Of a DNA stretch of 62,779 bases, positions 9,218-19,512 are shown one piece after another (position 1 is the stretch's first letter; the number at the start of each line of letters is the position of its first letter). The stretch spans positions 1-62,779 of the IMG/VR virus record IMGVR_UViG_3300010413_002075; one strand, given 5' to 3'. The stretch is from a virus (lineage: Duplodnaviria; Caudoviricetes). The translations under genes and the position numbers were made by a program. Below the pieces are notes generated by a model. It made no database searches. It had not been told where the DNA came from and saw nothing but the letters and a program-made list of their open reading frames with translations.

Positions 9218-10945
9218 TTATGCCATAAAAATTTTGGCTGAACTCATAGCTGCTCCACTTTCTTCGCTTGGATTCAGCTTCTCTCTTTCTACTGCTGTCT
9301 TGAGCCTGCAGTGTCCGTCCTCGCCCACTACTACTTTGTGCATTGGAACACCAAAATGTCCACAACGAGCATAGATAGATCCCTTACCTGCAGGAATCAT
9401 CTTGGAGCAAGTTTTTTGTTCGGTTTGTTCTAGATGTGCTTGTTGCATAAGGATATAATGATAATCTGCAACAGCATTTTTGAAATCTTCTTCGGGGAAT
9501 TTGCCTTCGATCTCTGCCAGTGCTGCTTCACAAGTTACATAGTCTTTATCGCTGGCAGCTTTTAGAATTTCATCTTTTAATTCTGGAAGGGTCATATAAG
9601 CGAATGCTGTAGAATAAGAAACATTTGAACTGGATGGTGCAGGAAGACTAATTGCAAAGCGCTGTAGTTTAGGCGCTGTAAAATCTTCAATTAGTCCGTC
9701 ATATGCAAAATATGCAGGCGCTAATGGTAGGTACTTGTCTTCTGCTACTGCCTGCATTTCGATTGGAACTTCAATTTCGGCTGGTCCTTTTGGTGTATTT
9801 AATGTTGCCAGGTACACTATAGAGTCGCCGCTTTCACTACCAAATCTAACCTGCGCATTCTTAAATCCGGCTGCGCTAAGTTCTCTGGCAATGACCTCTT
9901 TGCCTTTACGAATGGCCTCTAAGCCAAAAGTACTTGCTGCTTCTAGAATATCGTTCTCAAAATCTCTAGCCAAATGCGCGAGTTCTTGTGGCATTTCGAC
10001 TTCTTCTCTAGTATCAATATCTGGCCTGCCCTCTTCGTATTTGCGATCAACAAAAAGATTTGGCGCGCTCATTGCCATATCCTTATTAGTATTACCAAAT
10101 AGTTGATCAAGCTGAGCTTGCATTTCATCGTCCTCGGCTGCTTCCTTAACGTGCCCGGTTAAGATGCCGACTGCTGTCAGTACATCTGCAGCCTTTGGAA
10201 CACTGAAATCATTATTTTCAGCCTTTGCGTCTACAAAATACTCTAGATTGGTTGCAGTCAATTCTTTAAGATGAGTGTCTGCAACAAAAGTGCTCGGGAA
10301 TAATACGCGGCCATCTCTAATCTCAGTGGGAATGGCCACTGTTACTCTGCCCTTTCGGGTATCAAAATGAGCTGCATACACAATGAGCTTGTTGTTGCCT
10401 CCCATTACTTCTACTTCTGGTTCCGCCTGGCCAAGTGCTCTAAGTTCAGCCGTTACGAATTCGATTCCCTTTTGGGCGATTTTCTGGTTAAATGCCTTGA
10501 TCGAATCAAGGCTTCCACCAAATGCAGCTGTCAAAGCCCCAACAAGGTTGCTGTCAACCATGTCCTCCGTGCTTATACCAGAATCTTCGGCATCAACACG
10601 ATTCATTTTAATATAATCAGGACTCTGCGCAACCTCTGCCCGTTTGTCTAAAAGAAGATGCCCAAGCACATCTCTAAATTTAGATTCTGAACTCAATCGA
10701 GCAAAATGATTATGAATGTCAGACACCTGTGCCTGACTAATTGTCTCGCCTGGAGGAGCCTTCTCCGCCATCTTTTCGATAGTGAAAGCAACCTGTCTTA
10801 TAACAGGATCCTCGGGATAGCGTTCATATGCGGCACGAGTCACATTATAAACGTCCTCCAGCATGAACTCTTGTCCCGTTGTCGTAGCATCGAGCGCTGC
10901 TTTGGCGATCCGGGCAAGTTCACCAATATTAAAATTGCTAGTCAT
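9218..10945 (-). CDS. Hypothetical protein with an internal domain duplication, possibly structural
   Basis: KGIEFVTAEL...YAAHFDTRKG..TVAIPTE is repeated as KGKEVIAREL...YLATLNTPKG..EIEVPIE. Confidence 0.75.
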   Translation of the reverse strand: MTSNFNIGELARIAKAALDATTTGQEFMLEDVYNVTRAAYERYPEDPVIRQVAFTIEKMAEKAPPGETISQAQVSDIHNHFARLSSESKFRDVLGHLLLDKRAEVAQSPDYIKMNRVDAEDSGISTEDMVDSNLVGALTAAFGGSLDSIKAFNQKIAQKGIEFVTAELRALGQAEPEVEVMGGNNKLIVYAAHFDTRKGRVTVAIPTEIRDGRVLFPSTFVADTHLKELTATNLEYFVDAKAENNDFSVPKAADVLTAVGILTGHVKEAAEDDEMQAQLDQLFGNTNKDMAMSAPNLFVDRKYEEGRPDIDTREEVEMPQELAHLARDFENDILEAASTFGLEAIRKGKEVIARELSAAGFKNAQVRFGSESGDSIVYLATLNTPKGPAEIEVPIEMQAVAEDKYLPLAPAYFAYDGLIEDFTAPKLQRFAISLPAPSSSNVSYSTAFAYMTLPELKDEILKAASDKDYVTCEAALAEIEGKFPEEDFKNAVADYHYILMQQAHLEQTEQKTCSKMIPAGKGSIYARCGHFGVPMHKVVVGEDGHCRLKTAVEREKLNPSEESGAAMSSAKIFMA

Positions 10946-10980
10946 TGTTTGTCCTCCATAGTGACAATTTGTACAGTTAA

Positions 10981-11454
10981 TTAGCCAACAATATTCAACT
11001 CTGGAAAATGTTGTGCTAAAATTCCTAATCTTTCTTTTGGTTGGTCTTTTAATACTTTGATAACAAAATCTGGATTTGAGTTTAATAATTCAACCAAACT
11101 TTGTTGGAAGATATGAACATCATCTTTCGTAAATCCATAATCAGATGATGCAAATCGTTGAATTGGAGTATCTTTATACATCAATGTAACGTTTTCGCCC
11201 TTGCTATCTGCGAGAGCTTCCCAGTGGCTTTTAGCTTCTAATGTGCTTATTTCCATGTCGTCAAATTGAGCAACCAAATATTGCTCTCCATTTTCATTCT
11301 CTTCTAAAATCCACAATGATTCTACAGGAGAAGAATTGAGTTGAAAGACATCAAAAGCGACTTTTTTGAATAAGTGTTTGTTGGGTGCATATGGAATCCT
11401 GCCACTATCAGGAACCACATCTCCGGCCAACTTAGTCCAATCTAGAGTTTCCAT
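10981..11454 (-). CDS. Hypothetical protein
   Basis: 157-aa ORF with AGGAG RBS; first gene after the 270-bp intergenic region. Confidence 0.7.
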   Translation of the reverse strand: METLDWTKLAGDVVPDSGRIPYAPNKHLFKKVAFDVFQLNSSPVESLWILEENENGEQYLVAQFDDMEISTLEAKSHWEALADSKGENVTLMYKDTPIQRFASSDYGFTKDDVHIFQQSLVELLNSNPDFVIKVLKDQPKERLGILAQHFPELNIVG

Positions 11455-11660
11455 TAAACAACTCCTATTTAAGTTTTTGAAAAATGAGGGTAATCTGGGT
11501 AGACTACTCCTAACAATATAAAACTAAAATATTGATAGAAAGCAAGGATTTGTAGGCGGGCACGCCGTTTTTTATACAGCGTTGTTAAATGGGTGAGAAT
11601 TTTTGGATAAATTTGATAAAAAAGCTAAATACTTCAAGAATTTAGCCATTTTGGAAACAC

Positions 11661-11696
11661 AAAAAGCCAGACAGTGGCAAAAACCACCGTCTGGCT
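11661..11696 (-). terminator. Rho-independent terminator after infC
   Basis: AGCCAGACGGTGG-loop-CCACTGTCTGGCT followed by TTTT on the minus strand. Confidence 0.8.
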
Positions 11697-11723
11697 ATTA
11701 ATAACTGATGTTAGTGACTTGTT

Positions 11724-12200
11724 TTAATTCTTTTTGCTTTTTGTAGGAACTAGAAATGCAACTAGGTTTCGACCTTCAAATTTAGGCTCCTTGTCAATTG
11801 TAGCAAGTCCAGATTCGACCAGAGGCGCAATTAGTGACCGCATTTTGACCAAACCGGCCTCTTTAAAGGCGATTTGACGAGCTTTAAACTGCATCGTTAC
11901 CTTGGTTTTTAAGCCTTTCTTTAAGAATTCCTCTATATGTTTGGCTTTTATTTCAAGGTCATGTGTGTCGGTCAACGGCCCAAGTTTGATTTCTTTAATC
12001 TTGTGAATCCGTTTTTGTGCCCTTTGCTGCTTTTGACGTTGTTTTTGTTCATACTTTAATCTACCGGCATCAGCGATCCTATATACATTTTTGGCTACCA
12101 TCATAAGACTTTTGCCGGCCTCTTTGGCCTTTTCTTCTGCATATTCAATAGATACATCACCAATTTTCTTGCCGTCTTCCCCAATAAGTACGATACTCAT
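11724..12200 (-). CDS. infC: Translation initiation factor IF3
   Basis: VLIGEDG, KYEQKQRQK, KIKEIKLGP..DTHDLEIK, KVTMQFKARQ, PKFEGRNL. Confidence 0.9.
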   Translation of the reverse strand: MSIVLIGEDGKKIGDVSIEYAEEKAKEAGKSLMMVAKNVYRIADAGRLKYEQKQRQKQQRAQKRIHKIKEIKLGPLTDTHDLEIKAKHIEEFLKKGLKTKVTMQFKARQIAFKEAGLVKMRSLIAPLVESGLATIDKEPKFEGRNLVAFLVPTKSKKN

Positions 12201-12224
12201 CTTGTTACATCTTTTAATAAAAAT

Positions 12225-12692
12225 CTAGTAACCTTCATATTCATAAACTCTATGCTCTTCTCGCATCTTTCTTAGAATTTCTTGAATTCTTTCATTATTG
12301 GCGCATAATTTTCTTATCTTTTTAAGGGCGCCACCATATCTTTTCTTTTGATTATTATAATCAATATTACCCTGAAGGATTTTGTGTATTGTAGTCTGAT
12401 GTTTGCCTAGCTCATTTGATATTTCATTTTGTGTCTTTCCTTCAAGATATGTCATTTTCATTACTTCTCTCTGCTTGTCGGTAAGGCAATGCTCTACAAT
12501 ATGCATCACCTCTCTGAGTAATTCGTTTCTCAATTTTTGAAATTCTTCGGAGCATGATTGCGTGGATAAAAACGCTCCCATACTTTCTTCGTTCGAAAAA
12601 TTATTTAGCAGATTAGGATCAATGCTTATCTCGACATAATTGTTAGAAATATCCGGATCGCCAGAACTACTACAGGTAAAATTCTTAGGCAT
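12225..12692 (-). CDS. Sigma70 region-4-like HTH protein
   Basis: LTDKQREVMKMTYLEGKTQNEISNELG. Confidence 0.7.
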   Translation of the reverse strand: MPKNFTCSSSGDPDISNNYVEISIDPNLLNNFSNEESMGAFLSTQSCSEEFQKLRNELLREVMHIVEHCLTDKQREVMKMTYLEGKTQNEISNELGKHQTTIHKILQGNIDYNNQKKRYGGALKKIRKLCANNERIQEILRKMREEHRVYEYEGY

Positions 12693-12707
12693 TTAACTCC
12701 TCCTAGT

Positions 12708-13475
12708 TTACCATAGCGTTTCTATTTCTATGTCATCGAAATCTATCCTTTCCTCCCGAAACAGGTTTATGTCGCCGCCTTTGCGCAGATACTCATCGAG
12801 ATCCTTGTACCCTTTTGGTGTGAAATCGTAGGTCAAGTTAATGCCCTCAATTTCACTTAATCTGTCCATAACTTTCTTAGCACTTACTCGTCCCGGCTCA
12901 TCATTGTCAAATAACAGGCAAATATTGTCTGTATATCTGGATAAAATAATCAATTGCCTTTCCGAAAATATTGTCCCACAAGTGGCTACAATATTGGAAA
13001 TGCCTTTCTGCTGAGCCGTAATGTCGTCAAAATATCCTTCTACGACAAATGCTTTGTTGGTTCTTCGGATCGCCTCCACGGCACGATCGAGACCAAACAA
13101 GTAAGATGTTTTTTTGTATGAACTATTTCTATATTTTGGAATCCCTAGTTTCTTACGTTTTTTATCACTTAACAATGTCCGTGCACCGATTGCGATCGGC
13201 ACACCATTAATATCACGTATTGGGATTACAATTGGATACATCTTGAATTGACTTTGATCCGCATTCCAGATAATATTTTGTTCTCTGAGTTCTTTTGGAT
13301 CAAGATCATAGCGCTTATAAAGCTGGCGCAAGTCATCGGGAAAAGCACCTAGTTTATAGGTGCTAATGGTTTCGTCAGTCATACCTCTGCGTACTTTTAA
13401 GTAATACATCAGAGACTCGTTATCGAGTAATAATTTATGACAAACGTCGGTTAGTTTCTCAAAGAACTCGCTCAT
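12708..13475 (-). CDS. dnaG: DnaG-type primase catalytic (Toprim) core without zinc-binding domain
   Basis: YL..RG, PIRD..G, KYRNS, VVEGYFD, FDNDEPG, KDLDE. Confidence 0.85.
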   Translation of the reverse strand: MSEFFEKLTDVCHKLLLDNESLMYYLKVRRGMTDETISTYKLGAFPDDLRQLYKRYDLDPKELREQNIIWNADQSQFKMYPIVIPIRDINGVPIAIGARTLLSDKKRKKLGIPKYRNSSYKKTSYLFGLDRAVEAIRRTNKAFVVEGYFDDITAQQKGISNIVATCGTIFSERQLIILSRYTDNICLLFDNDEPGRVSAKKVMDRLSEIEGINLTYDFTPKGYKDLDEYLRKGGDINLFREERIDFDDIEIETLW

Positions 13476-13855
13476 TTTTTAGTTTTCTTTCTTGTGACCT
13501 TTTTCTTTGGTTTTTCAGTTGTACTGGTATCTATTTTTTCTAGACCACCAGCTTCTTCCATGGCCAATTTGAACGACGCATGAACCTGTATGGGACTGTG
13601 GCATATCTTACACACGGTCTCATTATTTTGATCCAAAACTACTTCGCGATTTGCTTTACATGCTCTACACGCTAACATAAATGCCTTGCGTTCAGTCCTG
13701 ACTATTTGTCCAAAACTTTTCAGAGCACGTTTCATCATATCAGTTACGTTCGTAATTGGTTGTCCACATTCTTGACAGATTACTTCTCCTGTCGCTTCGT
13801 TTAAAAGCGCGTTTGACGCCATTAAACATCCTTTGTTGTTACAAGTTACTAACAT
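13472..13855 (-). CDS. Zn-finger protein
   Basis: Four Cys pairs; Lys-rich tail. Confidence 0.7.
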   Translation of the reverse strand: MLVTCNNKGCLMASNALLNEATGEVICQECGQPITNVTDMMKRALKSFGQIVRTERKAFMLACRACKANREVVLDQNNETVCKICHSPIQVHASFKLAMEEAGGLEKIDTSTTEKPKKKVTRKKTKK

Positions 13856-13857
13856 CT

Positions 13858-14973
13858 TTACTCCTCGTCTTCGGTCTCTATTGGTATAGAGGTCGGTCTA
13901 ATACAGTTTAACTTAGCTTCTTTAGCACGTTCTAATACCGAACGCTGCAACTCTTCATCTAGCAGGGCTTCCGCCATTGCATCCTTCCCATTATATTTTA
14001 CACCGTCCAGCTCCCAAACTTTATTATTTGGTCGAGAAATTACACCATAACGCGCACCGATATCACGAACCTCTATGTGTTTATCGATTACACCTTCTGT
14101 ATATTTTATTCCGAATTCTGCTACTCTGAATGGTGGTGCCTTTTTATTCTTCTGAACTTTGCCTCTAATATGATGTCCTACTTGATCTCCGTCTTCTTCT
14201 ATTCTTGATTCCTTGCTATTAATCATACCAAAGTTAATCATCTGGGCGCACGCGTGCTTCAACGCCTGGCCGCCAGGAGAACTGGTCGGATCGCCGTACA
14301 TGACATCTGGTTGGAATCTAAGTTGATTAATTGCTATAAAAAGAACGCCAGTTTGGCTTAAAAGAGGGGTGAGTTTTCTTAACTCAGGGGGAAGGAATCT
14401 TGCCATTAATGCTATATTGGCCTTGCCTGGTTTACTTGCTTCTTCCATCGGAACACTCATAGATGCTACGCTATCTAACACTATAACTCCTAGTCCTGTT
14501 CCTCCGGTTTCTAATTCTATATCTAAAATGCCTGGCTTTACTTTCTTTATCTCTCCCGTATTTTTGTTTGGTTTACCGGGAACACCAACTAACCTTGCAA
14601 ATATTTCGGCTCCTTTATTTTCTCTATACACCATGAGCCTTGATGTATCTACGTCGAGTGATTCTGCCCAATCTTGTTGATACGTAAACTCGGCGTCAAT
14701 AAACATAGCCCAATTTCTTGGGTCTAACTTTTGCCATTCAGCGATTGTCGATAGGGACATAAGCGTTTTACCGGATTGTTCAAATCCGGCGAATTGCACT
14801 ATATGCCCTTTCGGCAACCCCCAAATGCCTAACGCATCATCGAGCGCATAGCTGCCCGTAGATATGACATCTGAATAGGTAGTCATATCGCTATCACCAG
14901 AATAGAGACCTTCATCTCCATGCTGTTTTTCCATTTCTTTCCAAATGTCAGCCATTGTTCTTTGCTTACTCAT
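13858..14973 (-). CDS. recA: RecA/UvsX recombinase
   Basis: ISTGS..LD.ALG..GLPKG, Walker A GFEQSGKT, FIDAE, VLDSVA, INQLR, PGGQALK, KNK.APPF. Confidence 0.95.
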   Translation of the reverse strand: MSKQRTMADIWKEMEKQHGDEGLYSGDSDMTTYSDVISTGSYALDDALGIWGLPKGHIVQFAGFEQSGKTLMSLSTIAEWQKLDPRNWAMFIDAEFTYQQDWAESLDVDTSRLMVYRENKGAEIFARLVGVPGKPNKNTGEIKKVKPGILDIELETGGTGLGVIVLDSVASMSVPMEEASKPGKANIALMARFLPPELRKLTPLLSQTGVLFIAINQLRFQPDVMYGDPTSSPGGQALKHACAQMINFGMINSKESRIEEDGDQVGHHIRGKVQKNKKAPPFRVAEFGIKYTEGVIDKHIEVRDIGARYGVISRPNNKVWELDGVKYNGKDAMAEALLDEELQRSVLERAKEAKLNCIRPTSIPIETEDEE

Positions 14974-14985
14974 AATCGCTCCATG

Positions 14986-15774
14986 TTATTTTAAATAATC
15001 AAAACGTTCACCAAAAACGCCTTGTAATAAAAATGTTCTTACAACTGCTGGATGTGTAGCATATCCCATAAATGGTAGTGGTATTTCGACACATTCCATA
15101 TCCATCCAGTTGCCATCTACATCCCATACATCAAAACAATGTCCTGTATCCATCATTTTGACTGCTTTCACAACCGCTATAAATTCTCCATCCATATTGA
15201 ATATGCCGCCACCACTACTACCAAAAATGATGCCAGCATCTACTTGTATGTTAGGCGAACCCCATGTCGTTCTAAGTTTAGAACTTACTATTCCCTTAGT
15301 TATTGTCTTGTATTCTCGCTTTGGATTTGCAGCAACATATATATCTTCTCCAAGTTTGACAATACTATTAACCTTTGCCGCGTCTATTTTATGAGGTACT
15401 TCGATTTCAATAATTGCCAAATCGTGTATTCTATTTACTTCAATATATGTTACAGGATATTTAACAGAATTTTCTTCAAGTCTGCCCTTCTGCCATTTTG
15501 CTCTTTTGTCTACGACGTCTATACCATAATCGCATGCAGAACAAGCCGCTTTGTCATAGGCAGTATCAATTACATGAAATGCTGTCAAAACCAAAGCACG
15601 CTTGTCATCTGAATATATAACAACGCCGGTTGAACTCTCTACTGCTACTACTGTACTAACAATTTTTTCTGGCAACGAGCGTCTATCAATCCTAATTTCG
15701 TCTCTTAAATAATTCGCAGTAATTCCAGTAAAAACTAACATGACCGACATTAAGGCCAAAATTAGCTTTTTCAA
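14986..15774 (-). CDS. Trypsin-like serine protease with signal/TM segment
   Basis: LTAFH, DLA and GSSGG catalytic motifs; hydrophobic N-terminus. Confidence 0.85.
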   Translation of the reverse strand: MKKLILALMSVMLVFTGITANYLRDEIRIDRRSLPEKIVSTVVAVESSTGVVIYSDDKRALVLTAFHVIDTAYDKAACSACDYGIDVVDKRAKWQKGRLEENSVKYPVTYIEVNRIHDLAIIEIEVPHKIDAAKVNSIVKLGEDIYVAANPKREYKTITKGIVSSKLRTTWGSPNIQVDAGIIFGSSGGGIFNMDGEFIAVVKAVKMMDTGHCFDVWDVDGNWMDMECVEIPLPFMGYATHPAVVRTFLLQGVFGERFDYLK

Positions 15775-15789
15775 ATTTACCTCCAGTCA

Positions 15790-16809
15790 TTAAGACCCGA
15801 TGCCTTTAAGCTGTTCTAACAGTTTTTTCTCCTCCTCTGATATTTTTGTAGGCATACTGACCTTAATGGTAACCAAATGATCGCCTTTCCTAGCACCTTG
15901 AGCCACACCTTTGCCTGTTAATTTTAATACACTGCTTGGTTGAGTTCCCTGTGGAACTGTTAGCTTTACTGTTCCTTGTACTGTACCAACCGAAATTTTT
16001 GTGCCAAGAATAGCGTCTATGTAGCTAACAGTTTCTTCTGACATTACAGTTAACCCACTTCGCTTAAACTTGGGATGTGGCCTAATTTCAATTGATAAGT
16101 ACAAGTCTCCATTGGCTGCGCCATATGGACTAGGCATTCCTTTGCCAGAAACGCGCATAATGGTACCATTTTCTATTCCTGCTGGAATAGTGACTTTAAT
16201 AACTTCATTTCTAATTGTATTACCGCTTCCAGAACACACTGGGCATTTTTCTTTAATATGATTTCCGGTGCCTCGACATTCTGGACAAGTTCTTAATACT
16301 TGCATAAATCCTTGATTATATCCTACTTTGCCCATGCCATTACATTGTTTACATGGCTCTATATTTTTGCCATTTTTGGAACCATTACCTTGACACGCTG
16401 AGCATTCCTGAGGATAATCTATAGACAATTTTTTGACACAACCTTTAACGGCTTCCATAAAATCTATGTTAAGCCCATGGCGTAGGTCATCTCCACGGGT
16501 AGGTTGTCTGCGGCGACCACCAAAGATATCGTCGAATCCAAATCCAAAACCTGCATTTCGCATGTGTTCAAATGGATCCCTTCCAGGTGGTTGCTGTCTA
16601 ACATCACCATACATGTCATACTGTTGTCGTTTTTCTGAATCGCTTAAAAGCTCATAGGCTGAGGATATATCCTTGAATTTGCTTTCCGCATCAGGATTAT
16701 CTGGATTCTTGTCTGGATGGTATTGCAGGGCAAGTTTTCTATATGCCTTTTTGATTTCCTCGGCCGTAGCTTCTTTTTTAACACCGAGCACATCATAAGG
16801 ATTTTTCAT
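15790..16809 (-). CDS. dnaJ: Chaperone DnaJ
   Basis: J domain with HPD, G/F region, four CxxCxGxG repeats, C-terminal domain. Confidence 0.97.
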   Translation of the reverse strand: MKNPYDVLGVKKEATAEEIKKAYRKLALQYHPDKNPDNPDAESKFKDISSAYELLSDSEKRQQYDMYGDVRQQPPGRDPFEHMRNAGFGFGFDDIFGGRRRQPTRGDDLRHGLNIDFMEAVKGCVKKLSIDYPQECSACQGNGSKNGKNIEPCKQCNGMGKVGYNQGFMQVLRTCPECRGTGNHIKEKCPVCSGSGNTIRNEVIKVTIPAGIENGTIMRVSGKGMPSPYGAANGDLYLSIEIRPHPKFKRSGLTVMSEETVSYIDAILGTKISVGTVQGTVKLTVPQGTQPSSVLKLTGKGVAQGARKGDHLVTIKVSMPTKISEEEKKLLEQLKGIGS

Positions 16810-17345
16810 TTCTTTCTTTTCCTTTTCTTGCGCTTTTTCTTTTTGCGCCCCAGACTTTTTTCATCAATACCTTGTTTTTCCATTTCATAGCCTGCAAGCC
16901 CCAAAACTATAGCGTCTGTTATATCATTATGTGTATTAAACTCATAATCTGAAAAGGCATATTTTCGTATAACAAAATCAAAACTGTCTTCTTTGGTAAT
17001 TCCAGCAACTCCTACGAGCTTTCTGGCCTCGGTGGGCATTACACATATAGGATCTTTGCCGATTTCATTAAATACTGTTAAAAAACAAACTCCACGAAAC
17101 ATAGCGAGGATTTTAAAAGTTTTTGCGTTGGGCCCCTTAAAAATATCTTCCATTACAACTTTATCTGGTTTGTGCGTTTTTAATAGGGCTAAAAGCTCAT
17201 CAGAAAAATATTTAAGGCGTTCTCCATAAGAGCTTTTACTATTAGGATTGATGGTTCCAAGCGTACTTTTGAGTAACCGACCATTATTAATGATGCAGTA
17301 ACCAGTGCTAGAAGATGATACGTCCAATCCTAAAATTTTCGCCAT
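16806..17345 (-). CDS. ruvC: RuvC-like Holliday junction resolvase
   Basis: ILGLD...STG, VMED, DITDAI acidic motifs. Confidence 0.8.
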   Translation of the reverse strand: MAKILGLDVSSSSTGYCIINNGRLLKSTLGTINPNSKSSYGERLKYFSDELLALLKTHKPDKVVMEDIFKGPNAKTFKILAMFRGVCFLTVFNEIGKDPICVMPTEARKLVGVAGITKEDSFDFVIRKYAFSDYEFNTHNDITDAIVLGLAGYEMEKQGIDEKSLGRKKKKRKKRKRKK

Positions 17346-17357
17346 TCATAAATAGGT

Positions 17358-17382
17358 AAAAGGGGTGCTTGTGCACCCCTTT
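17358..17382 (-). terminator. Terminator after the SSB gene
   Basis: AAAGGGGTGC-loop-GCACCCCTTTT. Confidence 0.7.
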
Positions 17383-17401
17383 CTCTCGTTAGATTTGTTG
17401 A

Positions 17402-18040
17402 TTATTCTCCGAAATCGAAGTCATCATCATCGTCTTCTGTTGCAGTTTCGACGGGCGTGTCTTCGAAATCATTGTCAACTTCACTGGCTGAAGAAGTGCT
17501 TTCCTCTGCTGACAAACCAACCTTTTCTCGCACTTCAGCTGCAGTTGGAGCCTCAACCATCTTGGCCAAATCTACGCGAGCGGTAAATTCCTTTACCATC
17601 CCAACTTCATCATCAGCCAACTTCTCTTTTGGTTCTGGAGACACGATATAAAGCGGTTGCGAACCCTTTGGTTGACGCTCGATATCAATGTCATACTTGC
17701 GTGGATCTCCCCACTTGTCCTTCTTGTTCAAGCCCAAGATTTGCTTAAAAATCTGCGGACCGATTTCAAGAATTGCACAGCGGCCAGTCTTGCGATTGAT
17801 TACTGGCACATACCAGCGAGCACTTGCGCGCTCTCCCGCCTGACAAAGCGGACATCCTTCAAGTGCGCAACGTACCTTACGATTTGCGCCTGTTGCGTCC
17901 TTGGTCCAGTGAATATAAAATTGGTAAGGCGACCCAAGCAAACGTACCGGGTTTGAACCTTCTTCCAAATTCATAAAATCATTACCACCAAGATCTGCAT
18001 CTCCCCAACTGTCTAATTTTCCTACTACTCTTGTACTCAT
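17402..18040 (-). CDS. Single-stranded DNA-binding protein (gp32-like)
   Basis: H/C..CPLC metal site, GDP..YDI motif, acidic tail ending DDDDDFDFGE; has its own strong promoter. Confidence 0.75.
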   Translation of the reverse strand: MSTRVVGKLDSWGDADLGGNDFMNLEEGSNPVRLLGSPYQFYIHWTKDATGANRKVRCALEGCPLCQAGERASARWYVPVINRKTGRCAILEIGPQIFKQILGLNKKDKWGDPRKYDIDIERQPKGSQPLYIVSPEPKEKLADDEVGMVKEFTARVDLAKMVEAPTAAEVREKVGLSAEESTSSASEVDNDFEDTPVETATEDDDDDFDFGE

Positions 18041-18125
18041 TTCCTAATCTCCTTTGTTGTTATTGTCCTTTAGCTTAGCTATTTTGGCCTCCTGCGCCTT
18101 TTAGCAACGCCAGCGGACATTATTC

Positions 18126-18153
18126 ATTATACCTATTTTCTAATAAATGTCAA
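18126..18153 (-). promoter_or_regulatory. Consensus sigma70 promoter upstream of SSB
   Basis: TTGACA-N16-TATAAT. Confidence 0.85.
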
Positions 18154-18160
18154 CTACTTT

Positions 18161-18670
18161 TTACCAGGCTGGACCATCATTATCATCTTCCTCAATATCC
18201 ATACCATTAAAACCTGACATTTTTTCGTGTGTATATGCACGATCTAAAATCTTTTTGCACATATAATGCATCTTATTAAAACTATCATATTTGCTATTAA
18301 TCCATTTAGCAAAAGCCAGCACTTCATCATATCTATTACAAGCTTCTATATAATCGTCATCTACTGAAGCCATAGCCTCTCGTAATTTATCTGTCTTAAT
18401 TTTTTTGTCGTCCTTGTATTTAACGAAAGCACGATTATATGCCAAAGTCTTTTTGGTTTTGGCCTTGGCTACATGGGCAGTTGCAATAGCTAACATTTCA
18501 CCGCAAATATCCGCACCACGCAAATATTTGGTAGCTAAAACTTCAGCGTTATTAAGATCAATATTGCCATCTCTAGGTAGTGCGTTTGACAATTCTCGAA
18601 TTTCAGATGTGTCAATATCCAATGGACTGAACTCAGTCCCTATTAAATCTCGTACGGTCAATTTATCCAT
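18161..18670 (-). CDS. Hypothetical helical protein (UvsY-like mediator possible)
   Basis: Likely start MDKL after GGAG; located next to SSB; helical pattern only. Confidence 0.55.
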   Translation of the reverse strand: MDKLTVRDLIGTEFSPLDIDTSEIRELSNALPRDGNIDLNNAEVLATKYLRGADICGEMLAIATAHVAKAKTKKTLAYNRAFVKYKDDKKIKTDKLREAMASVDDDYIEACNRYDEVLAFAKWINSKYDSFNKMHYMCKKILDRAYTHEKMSGFNGMDIEEDDNDGPAW

Positions 18671-18950
18671 TTTTAACTCCAATAGCTTTTTCAATTGCAC
18701 TCAATCTTTTGTCATTCGATCTCATATTTTGGTTAATCATGAGATTTTGTATAAAAAATAATATTGCCCAAGGGATACTTTTAGTAGGATGAATCATAAT
18801 AATAATTCCATCATCATCAGTATCAAATAAGTCTCTAAAATATACTTCGCCCGATTGTTTGTCATCCGAATATTGTTCGACCAGTTTTTGATAATATTCG
18901 TATTCTAATTGGGTCAAATCAACTTTTTGATATCCTATCCCTTTAATCAT
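18663..18950 (-). CDS. Hypothetical protein
   Basis: 95-aa ORF in operon. Confidence 0.6.
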   Translation of the reverse strand: MIKGIGYQKVDLTQLEYEYYQKLVEQYSDDKQSGEVYFRDLFDTDDDGIIIMIHPTKSIPWAILFFIQNLMINQNMRSNDKRLSAIEKAIGVKNG

Positions 18951-18953
18951 CTA

Positions 18954-19508
18954 TTACTCCGATCTTCGAAAAGAGCCGCCCGTTCCATTTTTAATCATGT
19001 CTTGTCTTTGATGTTGTAATTCTCTATTTACTAATTCATGTGTATTGACATTTTCATCATCTAGCAATATATTGTCTTCGTCACCAAATCCATATCTATC
19101 TTTGACGGCACCGGCCAATACTTCATCACGCATCTTTTTCAAGATCTCTTTTGCTTCAGCTTGCTGTTTTGCTTTATATTCAGCGTCCGGATCTTCCTCT
19201 TCTTGAACTTCCACAGTTTCTTCTTCACTTACCTCCATTATACCCTCTTCGCTTTCATTTTGTAAAGCTGGTTGTGGACCTTCTTGAAATAATTGTTTAA
19301 CTTCAAAATTAGCCACTATTAATGAAGCAAGCTTATCAATATCTACTCCTTTTACGACAATTTGACTATCTAATAATGTGCGCAAACTAAGGAAAGCTGC
19401 TAGTTTAGCTTTCTGCATAATATACTTTCCACAGGCAGGACATTGATTGTTATTTATGGCATGAGTAAATTCTGGTCTAATTACGACGCCACAACTCTCA
19501 CATTTCAT
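18954..19508 (-). CDS. Zn-ribbon hypothetical protein
   Basis: CESC...CPAC. Confidence 0.7.
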   Translation of the reverse strand: MKCESCGVVIRPEFTHAINNNQCPACGKYIMQKAKLAAFLSLRTLLDSQIVVKGVDIDKLASLIVANFEVKQLFQEGPQPALQNESEEGIMEVSEEETVEVQEEEDPDAEYKAKQQAEAKEILKKMRDEVLAGAVKDRYGFGDEDNILLDDENVNTHELVNRELQHQRQDMIKNGTGGSFRRSE

Positions 19509-19512
19509 TTTA

